Below are positions 50,001 to 56,614 of a stretch of 59,960 nucleotides of DNA, in pieces. This DNA is from a virus (lineage: Duplodnaviria > Caudoviricetes). The stretch lies in IMG/VR virus record IMGVR_UViG_3300034374_009468, positions 1 through 59,960 of that record; one strand, written 5' to 3'. The notes beneath the pieces are model-generated. The model saw only the letters and a list, made by a program, of their open reading frames with translations. It had not been told where the DNA came from and did no database searches. Both the position numbers and the translations under genes were made by a program. Numbering within the stretch: the stretch's first letter is position 1; the number at the start of each line of letters is the position of its first letter.

Positions 50001-50827
50001 AAGGTATTACCTATAGATTTACCAACTGCTCTTACAACTTTTGTCGCATTAAGACCTGTTCTTGCAGCAGCTGCAGGTGCAGCAGTAAAACCTGTAGCTG
50101 CAGTAATTGCTGCAAGTGCTAATTCTTCAACAGCTACAGATAATATAATACCATAAGTATATCCAAAATTTAAAAACAAATTGCTTGCAAATCCTGTAAT
50201 CCCTCCACGACTTGACATACCTATCCCCATAGCTTTTTCAAATTCATCTGATGTTTTTACATCAGGCATAGTATAAGGATCGTTATCAAACATATCACCA
50301 AAAGATCTATAGTTACCTCTAATAGCACTACCTGCTAATTTATAAAACTGGGTAAGCATTCTTACAGTATCAGAAAAAACTGTAGAGTTATCATTATAAT
50401 ATTCTTCATTATTAGCATAAGGGTGAAATCCTAATTTTGAAAAATTTCTATGGCTGTAAAATCTATCAAACTGAGTCTTTTTTGCTGAAAATACAAGAGG
50501 GTCTGCTATAGAAACTTGATCTGATTTTGGAATAGGGGCACTAAATATGCGGTCAAAATTATTTTTATACGGATCATCGCTTAGATTTGTATCATTATTT
50601 TCACTTGGATATACTGATTTTATATCATCTGTAAATGGAACTGTATATTGTTCTATAATTGGTTGATAATGATCTAACAACTTTACATACTCTGGATCTA
50701 AACCTGGTGTAAAGTCAGGTATATCTGGAGAATCGTACCAAGCTTGTGGCGGATTAAAATCTATTTGTTCTGCACTAGGTAATGCATTATTTATATTTTC
50801 AAATTGAGGGTTTCTTTGATTTTCCAT
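32078..50827 (-). CDS. giant virion RNA polymerase polyprotein (crAss-like, phi14:2 gp66-type core)
   Basis: 6249 aa; GADFDIDK catalytic loop (DFDID 35462-35476) preceded by RIPSQ..HS; hydrophobic N-terminal region; HEAFH and HEYAH zincin motifs; several inserted domains. Confidence 0.9.
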   Translation of the reverse strand: MENQRNPQFENINNALPSAEQIDFNPPQAWYDSPDIPDFTPGLDPEYVKLLDHYQPIIEQYTVPFTDDIKSVYPSENNDTNLSDDPYKNNFDRIFSAPIPKSDQVSIADPLVFSAKKTQFDRFYSHRNFSKLGFHPYANNEEYYNDNSTVFSDTVRMLTQFYKLAGSAIRGNYRSFGDMFDNDPYTMPDVKTSDEFEKAMGIGMSSRGGITGFASNLFLNFGYTYGIILSVAVEELALAAITAATGFTAAPAAAARTGLNATKVVRAVGKSIGNTFVLGRMAKATRQLSQTLNKTDNARTFWQATKSGEWGVLGTLFLPETMAAVKKLQTAKTAGKSLSGIAKMSTMFGGFYREVRAINYAMSESKLESGFVLQQQIANGIAIEEQKKLQGLEPNLALVGENANKAAFATTMMNFGLIYMSNKLVLDTAFKGFNKTLTRNLNNSISGTAGRAIRQSNIVGPDGKLLRDIYSDAGKGVKGRINKLKAAGAKGIGYATINSSLRYFAANLAEGVQELGQEAISHGTKYYFSKLQENPLGGGADLYKASINEAIGSQASGQGIETFLSGFLMGGLAKGPQKLIFEVLPDLKNRIFDKEAYKEYQERREAEVKKIVEERNKNYNEFIDDPVAYLDKHINNFLIQNEVNSEMNEASYDGDMFKFIDAKDFAKFHHIYGLMESGSVDLFRTELQDFLNLTDEELNEAFPTFKEEIKQGKLRERANDLINLIDKAEKAYNENKDALVNPYDPNKYDKNTEEYKNELTKYASFEHIRYLQMFTQDSFNRALERADKIYNELASDPILKKIQANDLTVLLDENSIKSEINLLKIEIENLDDSEEGKKLKQEKQTKIEKLKKVSEVLNLKDNLKQDGSFDKRKVKRILEPLKEYIQFLADTRGDFVDVNRIKEVLKKITDHRALSERAKANNRALQYLAVPENFDRVLERQTAIYKSLFEKNKENVEARIKKYIGTIEKNNLLNGLADLGVYPDANEVEGFLFFNDTRILKTFYHKDGTVTKDSGPVYKKIQNLIDVYNGISEEATQEEANQEEETDDAAKPPTRNKKVTQKEEGDDEILDYDFDIQLDKLSDTYHPVLKETLYRVYKESMNIASKAEQNTQTLSEWQKTDLALNIIDTYKFLKTKWKETLSKNKTDKSVIQDNFIKDIGLKDWLSFDTTKEDPDILNKNKENNTNILLYLDTPEVSYEEADVLKVLIKHKSDNYIVRILKTFVNGGYITNYKIITKTGLELSDQLLSDSTIFNKNGAIFSSLEDAKKAVEKLENKYHSNDLPVDFQYGGVTLFQGAYIFSGEEKFQVLSTPEKIKVTNTLEIVSEDGTIITINSPEEFKKNYSIDKLTPTIKSDKVSRIRINDPIRYIPYENEGEDRASAIQRLDYIFSNLTPEQRKGLELVVSDNPKSGTVTEREFTFTDKEPNSQLSRVSDKYSIGIRISDLELRNQIDRDLKKAGLNVSDSSEGIIAYLPNKNFIIYDNEGNVIDPRNIDLFTARNIFYKYNEEIDNADLEKIKENFAIQANLIRLVESKKSLSSLRNQKADIEKRRQEELDKVKPVFHHTKVKPEDFNFESFQKEKGQQISQFGNGLNVASVTNSFFVNRYGQPIEGEINDSDFVVIDANMTEAELYDYLISLGYKINTPQNPSGKYTAKTAKEEYNGTDQAKDAPYVFHLFNDFQQSNPEVKGVKVINHIISNTNAAPFYVIYDAKSFYGEGSLKKQINAKYDAELAALEDTTKETKTEGPLIITPEELENAGFYFNMTNRFKENERESISPNALYYNTIDGKNIVIYDNRKQFTVNEKGERVFTRRDKTLSTIKFENGVNPASRHREIKDELGEKLYKTARNKGAYVLVVKNQGGEYTLVELKPSKLDRDEFVSFVDALIKQSEKTVNENLIEDTKKTAEKQDLRNLAYNVKFNDEQIDSKIYIISKPNTIISLELDPRGRIEIQFLKYDNKTKKYEKQLKNKYNQNSAERIGFNEIIEAQEKIKDGEDKYNVYFDMFQEHFNNVNKRLKELGINVNITVDDIRKNISNEATVEEILNNTETNHSREVRKEYQITISQNDVDIQATKDIPLIVEAEKKKRDLIEKEKPEVKIDEKISEEEVEDLDELLGNSAEKIININNEIINILNEGAILTDIELAFYDNKRKIIEQFFYEKFEDVPGFSKEYVDKLSKEVDLISEQYREEKEILKSYVQRIENIFDENATENQTNNINDIKNEFYNQIKLIENKYKTEELKKDEDIQETPTIKESGITVNEYLDKDTLSDRISELESIIRKKQEELFEQAVLKGDRSIVDNDEELNNLKRDLNVLMSQITGNKILKGVVLDEIDVENINVFLDWAAKNLPDYIDIKDLAVLGNNMKSGGVRVGAFALALSDIAGGMRVKGTLYTGAETPFRYHEAFHAVFRLLLTDEQQNKYLRLAAKEVRAKLRKEGISFEKALNDFKNLTSEYQDLSRSDLVKLYYEEYLADQFELFKQSPKSTKTDPANKSFFARLIEWIKAFFSRFTKNELRRLYENIDSGKFKSSTPVINRFTLAAEQGITVEANAIMIPYEVIDAKRNLYKTLDTDAANAMIRSIAATYLQREEAFRISKANYRDDDFEEKTRNEILDEVIKDYKELYDFTKPFNKELSFELKLILNDFYAAFVRFDDEIKKAVTTYLSLVDVKIDDSIYVYEEQEDDEGLRTVNDWDKDASNYGGWNSISSMLRKFIMTTTVEESDMFNHEELKEGERLIVPVDFAYAYNGILKATANTTNPTEILNKLLLFGEHNPHTRAVVNRIFNRLGIAEEDITNGDWSSKTKDPFFLNALLSGLENFRVDYLFIHRNNDGEIYIYSASQRDDANAQIDTWGQAYINIYKKYNDKVKDVDGVLLKDKAKEFLEDFEAYISGNSIESISDIELAEIAKELREDLMKYTGIILSSQYIAYMILQNIEIKTQKQATLLEAYTNVESLTSTNIQYMKTAIDNDISIFSTGDLGSGRILKKISMANAEFDETIGASVFKNPNGDLVYAHQKSSFHLKTMLLLNNEDKLNELKKDEFLTRNWLLNNEAFYELARNKGLHITRVSGFKQGRISQTEDGIEESGGVGKTYGDLTPREFLNVIINSYPGLFNKYTGKLSNTVIVENENNEKEEVALAPVLIRVLEASNTGDLTYLPVIKTVEYNKEGMPVLTEKALQGFINNIISEFERIKKNVNPNTRDQRDIENYNKGKKRAQVFGKNRYILTPVKEKKNVITKESNLKTSEKQLINLIRGDQRILIYDNKTASKVLKYTTAKEERDVIISSADKKSKTKPLETKIVGLGRVAIVKPSTFLYYVNLFGNSVVTEENKEKLTGSTVYEIKFGNITRYTHSKAIADFLQGNPMYVYMTKDEYAKQEQDIVTDLQESNITDENYETYQKIIEILKKVYPNIELNILEKPEFFKAGKNVYNQLFSDTRRSKFDRQLADKLITFIEGLNIKVVENDNDLLDSLKFKTGTPLAAFDTLQKYLSLSSKITNKELTLQTANIIYTFLGKKSVIGVELWKSINNWEGYKKIYDKYHTYNDDELISENIEYSKEGFNPFAHKQAIIHFIAEMLEFGHENNYIGEKRINPDLTKDYFEAKGFKNKYAENPLVRAFNKLLNWINQNILGVSAVNEYNSEELKNLVLDIVDDVYKQDYTKFLRSYKKDKNGNIVNEKGEVFEQKFYQETLNKDPFAKAILEKLFENPFINYKLSGSQVIRRYGTLYRSVNEDLHDLDGVISLETFRQEPTAVPFYTWLSTRGMELSAKRDNKTFMKEVTPLLERMTWYQNVKQMFPDFVLDVVFIGKDHKNAESLTITGHVTHPTEIDPETGLNKQYVLDFFLRTNEGNYPEVFDNYYKDWKQIFEAKINMGRAKDIADLIYFEPFLEDKYKFTNKGFRYFSFAEDNAPQTFNQKNEGRIIGQAIIEDVDSMKGKILIDLVNQRIDTIPHEYAHFFIAKFRNSAIVKEAIKKWGSEEALVQSIGEQAVKQEGEAWGWWKSFVEWIKKQFSKLSDLDKQELTNILTDAFLTGTDISEYEKLFADSKYKPEPPKKNQPIFNSLPGRSSTPTMTYAGIGSRSTDPKVKDTMTKVAKYLEELGYTLNTGVTFKGKEEGADAAFSRGAKKKNLFSPENQGNREKEQDIAKEIHPSPKNLKPGALKLMARNTNQVFGDNLDTPVDFVIFWAKETDNPLRPKGGTGQAVEMARRKGIPTINMDSPNWRKELTSILKDNKLRKAQKQNSNQTYPIKEGVTEQYYEGNITPEPNTVFVFGSNPIGVNGNPSRGTGGAALVASTQFGVKQGEKMDNKLSDSGNAYGLTTVTEPGKKKSVTPAQITANVKQMYETARANPDKTFKVAYRHVGSKKSLNGYSGDELIDMFNEAGTIPSNVIFSKEWFDTGKLNLPQTEEYVSFEDYAGIDQDVEDTQETEIASDPKMLKDWATEIENIIAENNDLSFEEAIEQLGGMEEFKAFLINRLEKEFEKFLNEMSQISADTLLGSYIKEGLKNADGKKTSQVDLSNSLLNLTDDFTYNLKQIFFNDWLNTSALNQILLGDRALILKDSTDEIKRAKGSNAAGDTAATAAIAEEFGIMHETKHISMFGFQDPENTKSYGEGSNVQIADGQTYGTIKAFKHFWFGLGKTTPKQLRLLQRIENGEEIPYEELLESAEGGQSYAKMQAMMNSKKFVYDDGKIYLKTSIFFLTKEYTSYEEDGIWKPKPNKIALHNLRVSMEKFEEREWAEGRGTLALAAPASALKKLKMNIQTFEDATSGREYSTDNRMDMDAEYMRLQTINPSNKIEITDPNQVRTIITSEQNPDTEVIINGKTFTIAQIRNVYNEALTNRDRLNYTNKRNLIFRFDLEKANELLDKSKKANSLLPELYSFLMYAAAGLEASNATSNIIEMFSVDENGQQKYNLNNPQTVLKFEQLFLSFFTKGVMASKIPGVSAALVSDMGVRVYRKVYSVDKNGMPDEQEIIREDVFHRMYDANAIEYNIDNGPIAGDDKNLSGLAEAVKKGPVIIIDRLRDNMKEYVKVEKDKYKYTGQRYSEMIMAPHEINMAKMFARTNQKMPDFLSKMFTVRIPSQDKHSFMNVKWVDFMPGYYGSSVVVARELIEISGADFDIDKLYMHMKAYFYENGQFYEYGNVNDNKEGYEHYIKSVSKNVKKQGSVYGAAVDKFNKKNPSGLTNNVLKYIDDKNISENVAKAIIQLGLPLTYEDYVSYKNKYDEEPYTEAINNKILDYKFALLGNEHITNTKGRDVAIQHEPADTKPLTDLLDELSKTIPYFENLNSEEDVDIDNLMNKMKAFEANKAGANSIGAAVLPNLYLSLLKEYKISLPVIRDEQSGELLTKNLVFDEILYEDFDGEYAGDDGKGVPYRKQYLISALITAMTDNAKLRLSAKLGLNKDALAVVANMVALGVPLKTSILLINNPLIQQLYFKAINKETPTDPGIKKLTEIELGSLPGLFDKAKGKKEIPLLISVNDELLEYLITNEVNSEKLEEMDPYLISATYSVLEQFYTALQIKNYTGHLGSVLNHTKGPGKRYTDVLRKEKDAEALGLNLTNSEYKKYFDSRIRKGEVVINIRPILKNTWQGNLHNIFVEIKDKLLPRVFLTRTEVFMNMYNKFIRNIDLRQVSDEELEKFRLDLLSYITIKAYMQNLELSGSSMIGSLSNSILYPQLEGKKVTDLVSSLRERDPNNFFLKYFVIASEAQDENNNYGINVAMANTFVKLNDSAKIKIQSDLVKLYTNPYTRDSVIELIHYIMVKDGMSYNYGSLLDAVTPFIYERYLEQIDGIETAFLNPTETNMLNTFGTDEESLFQDFIIGYLKSNKLRFKLKNFRAGLVTIKSDINSVREFTLKDVQENPDTLFIYADKNLISKFGIMKNALRIPYKNKDGKLVTDDQLSQFKESFYSFISGKSKKEFKNYKKIVYLDNLIPEYKKIKEKSPKIAQAMSDILKQVKIDLDTNLGSKYIYIRDSISNSKLIIDLYPEKNTEVGSIKGYGSERKGLKLKGEKLKDKNKRINKSLIKSNIRNNNLEFVTYGNKTIGEVFEMEIPYVLKVGDSITESYRHFRLVSYSTSKTANDVNEDFITANYAEYEEFQPEGAFSQWAGGFMFGERISGKEIKAFIESKNGKEYLDPNEPDFNIDDIESMIDSIPQEIIDQKAQTISGKTPEEGDDINFDDIDIDVEAPSDVFIKTLKAKNKIKGFLNDLTPEQIKKLNKTAEDLFQEFNNTSVTIEEFIENLKNCYI

Positions 50828-50831
50828 ATTG

Positions 50832-53800
50832 CTATTTTTTTACCGCGTTACTATTATCTTTTTCTTTTACTATATTAGCGTTTCTTATATTATAAATCTC
50901 TTGTTCCAATTGTTCTACCCAAGGATCTATAGTGGTTCTAATATCATAACCTTTAAAATCTTTTGATCCTACATATTCTTGAATTATATAATTACCTGTT
51001 TCAGGATCATAAATTTGATAATTAACTTTACTATGAAATAATGTAGGATTTGCTAAATCTTGTTTTACTTGCAAAGAACCTGCGTTTTGTAAAGTAAAAG
51101 TATAAGTGTTATCATTGCCATAAATTATATCAGTCATTACTTTTGAATAATTAAATTCACCTGATTTTCTAGGATTTATATCATTCATTTGATCAAAAGC
51201 AAATGTAATATATTCATATTTATTTATCTCACTTTCAGATGTTCCTGTAGGTAATTGTTTTTTCAACCAATCTTTATTCATTCTTATAACATACCCTGCT
51301 TTAGTTTGATCTAGTTGTTCAGCACCACCATATACAGGATTATATATTATTTCACCATTAGGTTCAGTATCTGAAGGTGTTTTACCAGTACCTGACAATT
51401 GTTGACTTTCTATATCTACTAACCAGTTACGCAATATATTAAAAGCTTTCTCATCACTTACTTTAGTAAATTCATCTTCATCTCCAGTACCTAATATACC
51501 TGGTTGTACAGTCATATTAGCTTGAGGTGTTATTTGCAATTGATTCCATAAAGTAGAAATAGTAGATCTAGCTGTTTGATTTAAACTTCTAGGATTAACT
51601 GGTATATTATAACTAGGATTTAAAAATCCAGTGCCTTCTTCATTTTGAGGTCTTGCTTGTGTACCTTTATAAAATGCATTTAAATCAAATATAGGAAATA
51701 TTTCTCCTGTTCCTTGATCACCTTGATCTGATGCAGGTAGTTCTGTTTGAGATTGAACTAAAGCTGTATATAACTGATCATATAAAAAACTTGCATCTTC
51801 TGTAGCACTGACTCTTCTAAAATTACCTATTCTTCCGCTACTTTGTTTAGAAGATAGTCTATAATTATGAATTTTATTCCCAGTATGATCTATAGTACCT
51901 TCCAATCCAGCACTAAAATTAGGTCTGATGTAGGTATTTAAAACACCAGCTTCAGCTAATTCTAGATATTGATCTATAAATTTCTGCTTAGAAACTACAG
52001 ACCCATCACGTTTTAAAAATTTTAATTTTCCTCTTTTATTTCCGTTTTCATCTGCAACAACTCTCAAACCTTCTCTTAAACTATTATATGTTATTTCTAT
52101 TCCGTTTAATTTAAAGAAACTATTTAATGTAGTTCTATTAGCACTTGATGTAAATTCATTTTCACCATTAATTTTAATCCTGTTTACAATACCATTACCA
52201 TATGCCTCAGCTAATCTATCGATACCTTCATAGTATTGTTTATTTTGGTTTTCATAAGCTTTAGAAAGTCTGTCAATATTTGTAAAATCTGAACTTATAG
52301 CAAAGTCAGGATCATACAAATTATTTGGTTCACCTTTCCTGTTGGTTTTACTAGTAAAATCACCTATTATACTATCTATTACATAGGCGTATCCATATAA
52401 AGTCCATTCATCCATATCAGAAATAGCATTATAAAAAGACTTTTCATTTTTATTATTTGAACTACCTATACCTGTTATACCTTTCTCTTTAACCAAATCT
52501 TTATATGCACTACTCTTTAAAAAAGCTTGTTTTATTTTTTCATTGGATAAAGCTGTTAATATAAAATTTTTACCTGCTGGTAATACATCCCTAGTATATT
52601 TCTCGTCTATTTGTTGTTGATTATAACTTAATACATCCTTGTCTATAATAGATATAGTACCAGGTGCACCATAAGAAGGTTTTGCTGGTTGTAGCAAAGG
52701 TTGAGGTGCATATGCTAAATCTAAATCTTTTTTATATTTTTCTAGTTCTTTATCAAGTTCATTTTTTTCTCTAGCTAGTTTTATATCATTTAATGTTGTA
52801 TAATCATCTAAATTTTTTGCATACTCAAATTCTCTGTTTCTTTTAAATTCAGGATTTTCCATAATTATTTTATAAGACTCATTTTGCTTACCATAAGTTA
52901 TAGCTGCAGCAATCATATCATTTTTCATATTATACTGCATGGATAAATTATAAGCCTTATTTAATAAGTCGGCAGTGCTTTGAGTATTTACTTGTCTGTT
53001 AGCTTCTCTTTGTGCTTGATTAACTGTATTCATTTCTTCAATCTTAGCCAATCTCGCTTCATGTATTCTACGCATTTCTTTTTCATGGTCAGAACCAGGT
53101 ACAATACCGTATTTTTCTCTAAACTCTTCCCAACCTTGTTGACTAAGAGTATATTCTTTTACCTCTTCTTCTACTTTTTCTTTTTTCTGATTTATTAATG
53201 CTGTATATTGACTTATCTGTTGCTGAGCCCAAGCTTGTTCAGCAGCTTCCTTACTTTGAAATTTTCCAGACTGAATACCTTCTTCTGCAAAATCTCTTTG
53301 CTCTACATAACTTTTAGTGTGATAAGCTTGTTGTACTCTAGGATCATCCATTAAAGATCTTTGTACAAGTTCTAAAGCTTGTTGTGTAACAAGATTGCCA
53401 TTCTTTTGTCTTACTACCCACTGTCCACCAGGAGTAATAAAATCTTTCTCTACTTCTATCCCTGATTCTTTTAACAGTTCTAAAGACATTTGATATAAGT
53501 CTGCATCAGGAACATATCTTGGTAATTGAGCAGTTAAAGCTTTATCTGGATCGGATTCTATAAAATCTTTCATTTTATAATCCATAGCTTTAATACCTGT
53601 ATCCCAATACATATCTCTTCTTTTTTGATCAGGATCATTTAATAACCTATTAGCATGACTTTTTTCTTGTTGATATACTTTAGTCATAACCATATCTTTT
53701 ACTATTATATCTGTTTCAAAGAATGGTTTAAATACAGATTTAGCTGCATCAACATTTTGTACTAAGGATAGGTCCATACCTGATATCTTTTCTAATTTAT

Positions 53801-54017
53801 CAGATAAACCTTGAGTGAACTGCTCTCGCATTTCTTGAGTGTCTTTCCTAGATAAAGGAGCATAAACAATCTTACTATATAGATTATTTAATTGCTTATA
53901 ATTTGTATTATATCTAGTAGTCTTTGTATCTAAAACTGCGGATAAAAACTTATAGTCAGGAGTAAAAGGTTTAAACTCTGGCATATAAGATTTAGATCCA
54001 GGAATATACGTAGCCAT
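50832..54017 (-). CDS. putative virion cargo/ejection protein
   Basis: 1061 aa, coiled-coil-rich N-half, directly upstream of vRNAP. Confidence 0.7.
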   Translation of the reverse strand: MATYIPGSKSYMPEFKPFTPDYKFLSAVLDTKTTRYNTNYKQLNNLYSKIVYAPLSRKDTQEMREQFTQGLSDKLEKISGMDLSLVQNVDAAKSVFKPFFETDIIVKDMVMTKVYQQEKSHANRLLNDPDQKRRDMYWDTGIKAMDYKMKDFIESDPDKALTAQLPRYVPDADLYQMSLELLKESGIEVEKDFITPGGQWVVRQKNGNLVTQQALELVQRSLMDDPRVQQAYHTKSYVEQRDFAEEGIQSGKFQSKEAAEQAWAQQQISQYTALINQKKEKVEEEVKEYTLSQQGWEEFREKYGIVPGSDHEKEMRRIHEARLAKIEEMNTVNQAQREANRQVNTQSTADLLNKAYNLSMQYNMKNDMIAAAITYGKQNESYKIIMENPEFKRNREFEYAKNLDDYTTLNDIKLAREKNELDKELEKYKKDLDLAYAPQPLLQPAKPSYGAPGTISIIDKDVLSYNQQQIDEKYTRDVLPAGKNFILTALSNEKIKQAFLKSSAYKDLVKEKGITGIGSSNNKNEKSFYNAISDMDEWTLYGYAYVIDSIIGDFTSKTNRKGEPNNLYDPDFAISSDFTNIDRLSKAYENQNKQYYEGIDRLAEAYGNGIVNRIKINGENEFTSSANRTTLNSFFKLNGIEITYNSLREGLRVVADENGNKRGKLKFLKRDGSVVSKQKFIDQYLELAEAGVLNTYIRPNFSAGLEGTIDHTGNKIHNYRLSSKQSSGRIGNFRRVSATEDASFLYDQLYTALVQSQTELPASDQGDQGTGEIFPIFDLNAFYKGTQARPQNEEGTGFLNPSYNIPVNPRSLNQTARSTISTLWNQLQITPQANMTVQPGILGTGDEDEFTKVSDEKAFNILRNWLVDIESQQLSGTGKTPSDTEPNGEIIYNPVYGGAEQLDQTKAGYVIRMNKDWLKKQLPTGTSESEINKYEYITFAFDQMNDINPRKSGEFNYSKVMTDIIYGNDNTYTFTLQNAGSLQVKQDLANPTLFHSKVNYQIYDPETGNYIIQEYVGSKDFKGYDIRTTIDPWVEQLEQEIYNIRNANIVKEKDNSNAVKK

Positions 54018-54029
54018 ATTTTTTTATTT

Positions 54030-56612
54030 TTATATACCCATCTTACCTATGTAAAAAGGTGATGCATATCTTTTTAATTCCGAACCTCTTTTATACTGTC
54101 TTCTTCTACTTGATGTAGTCATATTACCAGGGTAACCATTATTTACATTTTGAGATTCCTTATATTCCCTTTGTATATTAGTTTGTTTACTTCTAGAATC
54201 AGGATCACCTAAAATATATGTAATCATTTCATGTGTTGGTTCGATACCTTCTCTTTTTAATCTAGCTGCAGTATTGAAATACTGTTCTGTTTTATCAGGT
54301 TCTTGAACAGGATCAAAGGCTTTACCTGAAACTTGATGAATCATTCCACCAGTCATTGGATCAGTTTGATAGTAATCTTGCATTAAGTTAAGATTATATG
54401 TATTAGCCATATTTGTAACAGCATTAGCATAAGCATCTGCATATTGTTCTCTATCAAAGTTCTTTTCATCCATATAACTTTGTAAAGCTAAAGCTGTATC
54501 ATCATATTCTTTTACATTTCTATCAGCTCTTGTTCTATTAGCTTGAGCATCCATTTGAGCATTTTGAGAATAAGCTCTATTTACAGTGTTTACATTTCTG
54601 TTTTGAACTTGTCCAACAGTATTAGCTATTTGTTCCATTGCTTTACCTGCAGTAGAAGCTGATCTAGCACTTCCTGCTTGAACACCTGCAAAAGCATTAT
54701 TAGCTTGGTTCATAATATTCATCTGCTCATTAATTGCAGCAACAGCTCTAGTTGGATCTTCTAATACATAATCTACATTTACATTTTCTACATCAGGTTG
54801 CCAAGGTAAGAATATATCTCTATCTCTATTAGCAATAGAATTTAGTTTTAATAAATCTTGCAACCACATTTCAGGCTTAGGTGGTTTTCTTTCTTCAGCT
54901 TCTCCTGGTAAAGGCATACAAGCACATCCATCTCCTGTTTCAGCATTATAAGGAATCCATCTATGATTTTCTTTAGCATTACATTCAGCTTCTAATTCAG
55001 CAGCATTCTCACAAGGTTCTGGATCTGGTGTAGGTTCTACTGGTATTTCTTCAGGTTCTTTTATAGGTATAACTCCTGCTTGATGACCTAATGTATTATT
55101 ACCAAATATGTTATCTATTCTAGAAATTAAAAGATTATTAGCATAATTTCTTGATTCATTAGGTCCTAATTGATTTAAAAATAATCTTTGATTACCTAAT
55201 TCCTTTTGAGCATCAAACAAGGCTTGATAAAAAGCTTGATTAGCTATTGTGTTTCTATCGTTAATTTGATATGCTGTATAAATATTAGGATCTCCTACTA
55301 ACTCTTCTGTTTTATCAAGTAAACTTTGTGTTTGAGTATTCCATACTTTTTTATTACCATACAAAGAATGATCTAGATTAGGATGTAATCTGTAAAGTTT
55401 TCCATCAGGAGCTTTTTGAGTAGCTAATAAATCTGATATTGTATAGTTATTTTTTTGATATGCTAAAAATTCATTTACCATATCATCATAACTATAAACT
55501 TGTTGAGGTCCAAATTTACCCTCAACCTCTTTTAATTTCTTTAAATATAAATCATAAGCTAATTTTAATACAGGTTCAAAACTAGCATCATTTTGTATTA
55601 AGTCTTCTAATTGTGCATAAGCATCTCTACCAGCTGTACCTGTATCAAGCTTTGTTAATCCAGATAAATCCAGTGGATACTCTGGAACTAGCCCTCCTTT
55701 TTGTGCATAATACATATCAGGTGGAGGAGGTGGTGGTATCATACCCCCTCTTCTCATCATAGGAGGTCCTTGCTGTTGCATCATCTGTTGCTGCATCATT
55801 TGTTCTTGAGGAGCAGCTTGTTGTTGCATACCTTGACCTTGCTTCATTTGATGAGCTTGTTCCATAAATTTTTGTAAAGCTAACACTTGTTGTTGTTGCT
55901 GAGGTGGCATTGAATTTAATGTTTTCATCAACGCTTGTTGCTTGCTCATTTCTTCAACTTTAGCAGTAAAAGCAATAGGGTCTTCACCAATAGATACTAA
56001 GTAAGGGTGTGATGTAACAGGTACACCATCTTCAAAATTCTTACTAAGTTCTTGATTAAATGCTAATTTGGAAAGATTCATTTTATTTTTCTTTAACATT
56101 AAATCAGCAGAGTTTACTTGTACATCATCAGCAAATTCATCATCTATAGCTCCATAGTATTTATTTAATTGAAATTTTCTAGACACTTTAGCTGGAGTCA
56201 TTGATTTTTTTGTTTCTATACCGTATTCAGCTAAATCTTTACCTTTAATATTCATGTCTCTGAAATCAGAGTAAACAAATGATTGTTCAGGTAAATATAA
56301 AGGAACACCTCCTTTACTATGTCTTGGACCTTTTATATCATACAAACCATATAAACCATCATTATTTAAATCAGTAAGTACGGTTTCTCCACCTTCAGCT
56401 TCTAAGTTTGCAGCATCTCTAGGTACAGATGATAAACTATATCTAACATCATCTTTTTTTGAATTGCCACCATCTGTATCAGTAGGGTAGGTTTTTAAAC
56501 TAAAACCTATTTGATCTCCTGTTTTCCCACCTTTCTGCATCTGCTTTTTAACAACCTTACCGTTTTCTATAACGTATCCTTCAGGTAATTTATTAATTTT
56601 TACTTTTGGCAT
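54030..56612 (-). CDS. putative virion cargo protein with EAEGGE / GPxHxxGG domain
   Basis: 860 aa; NLEAEGGE...GPRHSKGG; Gln/Met/Pro low-complexity linker; Ala/Asn/Gln helical C-terminus. Confidence 0.7.
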   Translation of the reverse strand: MPKVKINKLPEGYVIENGKVVKKQMQKGGKTGDQIGFSLKTYPTDTDGGNSKKDDVRYSLSSVPRDAANLEAEGGETVLTDLNNDGLYGLYDIKGPRHSKGGVPLYLPEQSFVYSDFRDMNIKGKDLAEYGIETKKSMTPAKVSRKFQLNKYYGAIDDEFADDVQVNSADLMLKKNKMNLSKLAFNQELSKNFEDGVPVTSHPYLVSIGEDPIAFTAKVEEMSKQQALMKTLNSMPPQQQQQVLALQKFMEQAHQMKQGQGMQQQAAPQEQMMQQQMMQQQGPPMMRRGGMIPPPPPPDMYYAQKGGLVPEYPLDLSGLTKLDTGTAGRDAYAQLEDLIQNDASFEPVLKLAYDLYLKKLKEVEGKFGPQQVYSYDDMVNEFLAYQKNNYTISDLLATQKAPDGKLYRLHPNLDHSLYGNKKVWNTQTQSLLDKTEELVGDPNIYTAYQINDRNTIANQAFYQALFDAQKELGNQRLFLNQLGPNESRNYANNLLISRIDNIFGNNTLGHQAGVIPIKEPEEIPVEPTPDPEPCENAAELEAECNAKENHRWIPYNAETGDGCACMPLPGEAEERKPPKPEMWLQDLLKLNSIANRDRDIFLPWQPDVENVNVDYVLEDPTRAVAAINEQMNIMNQANNAFAGVQAGSARSASTAGKAMEQIANTVGQVQNRNVNTVNRAYSQNAQMDAQANRTRADRNVKEYDDTALALQSYMDEKNFDREQYADAYANAVTNMANTYNLNLMQDYYQTDPMTGGMIHQVSGKAFDPVQEPDKTEQYFNTAARLKREGIEPTHEMITYILGDPDSRSKQTNIQREYKESQNVNNGYPGNMTTSSRRRQYKRGSELKRYASPFYIGKMGI

Positions 56613-56614
56613 AA

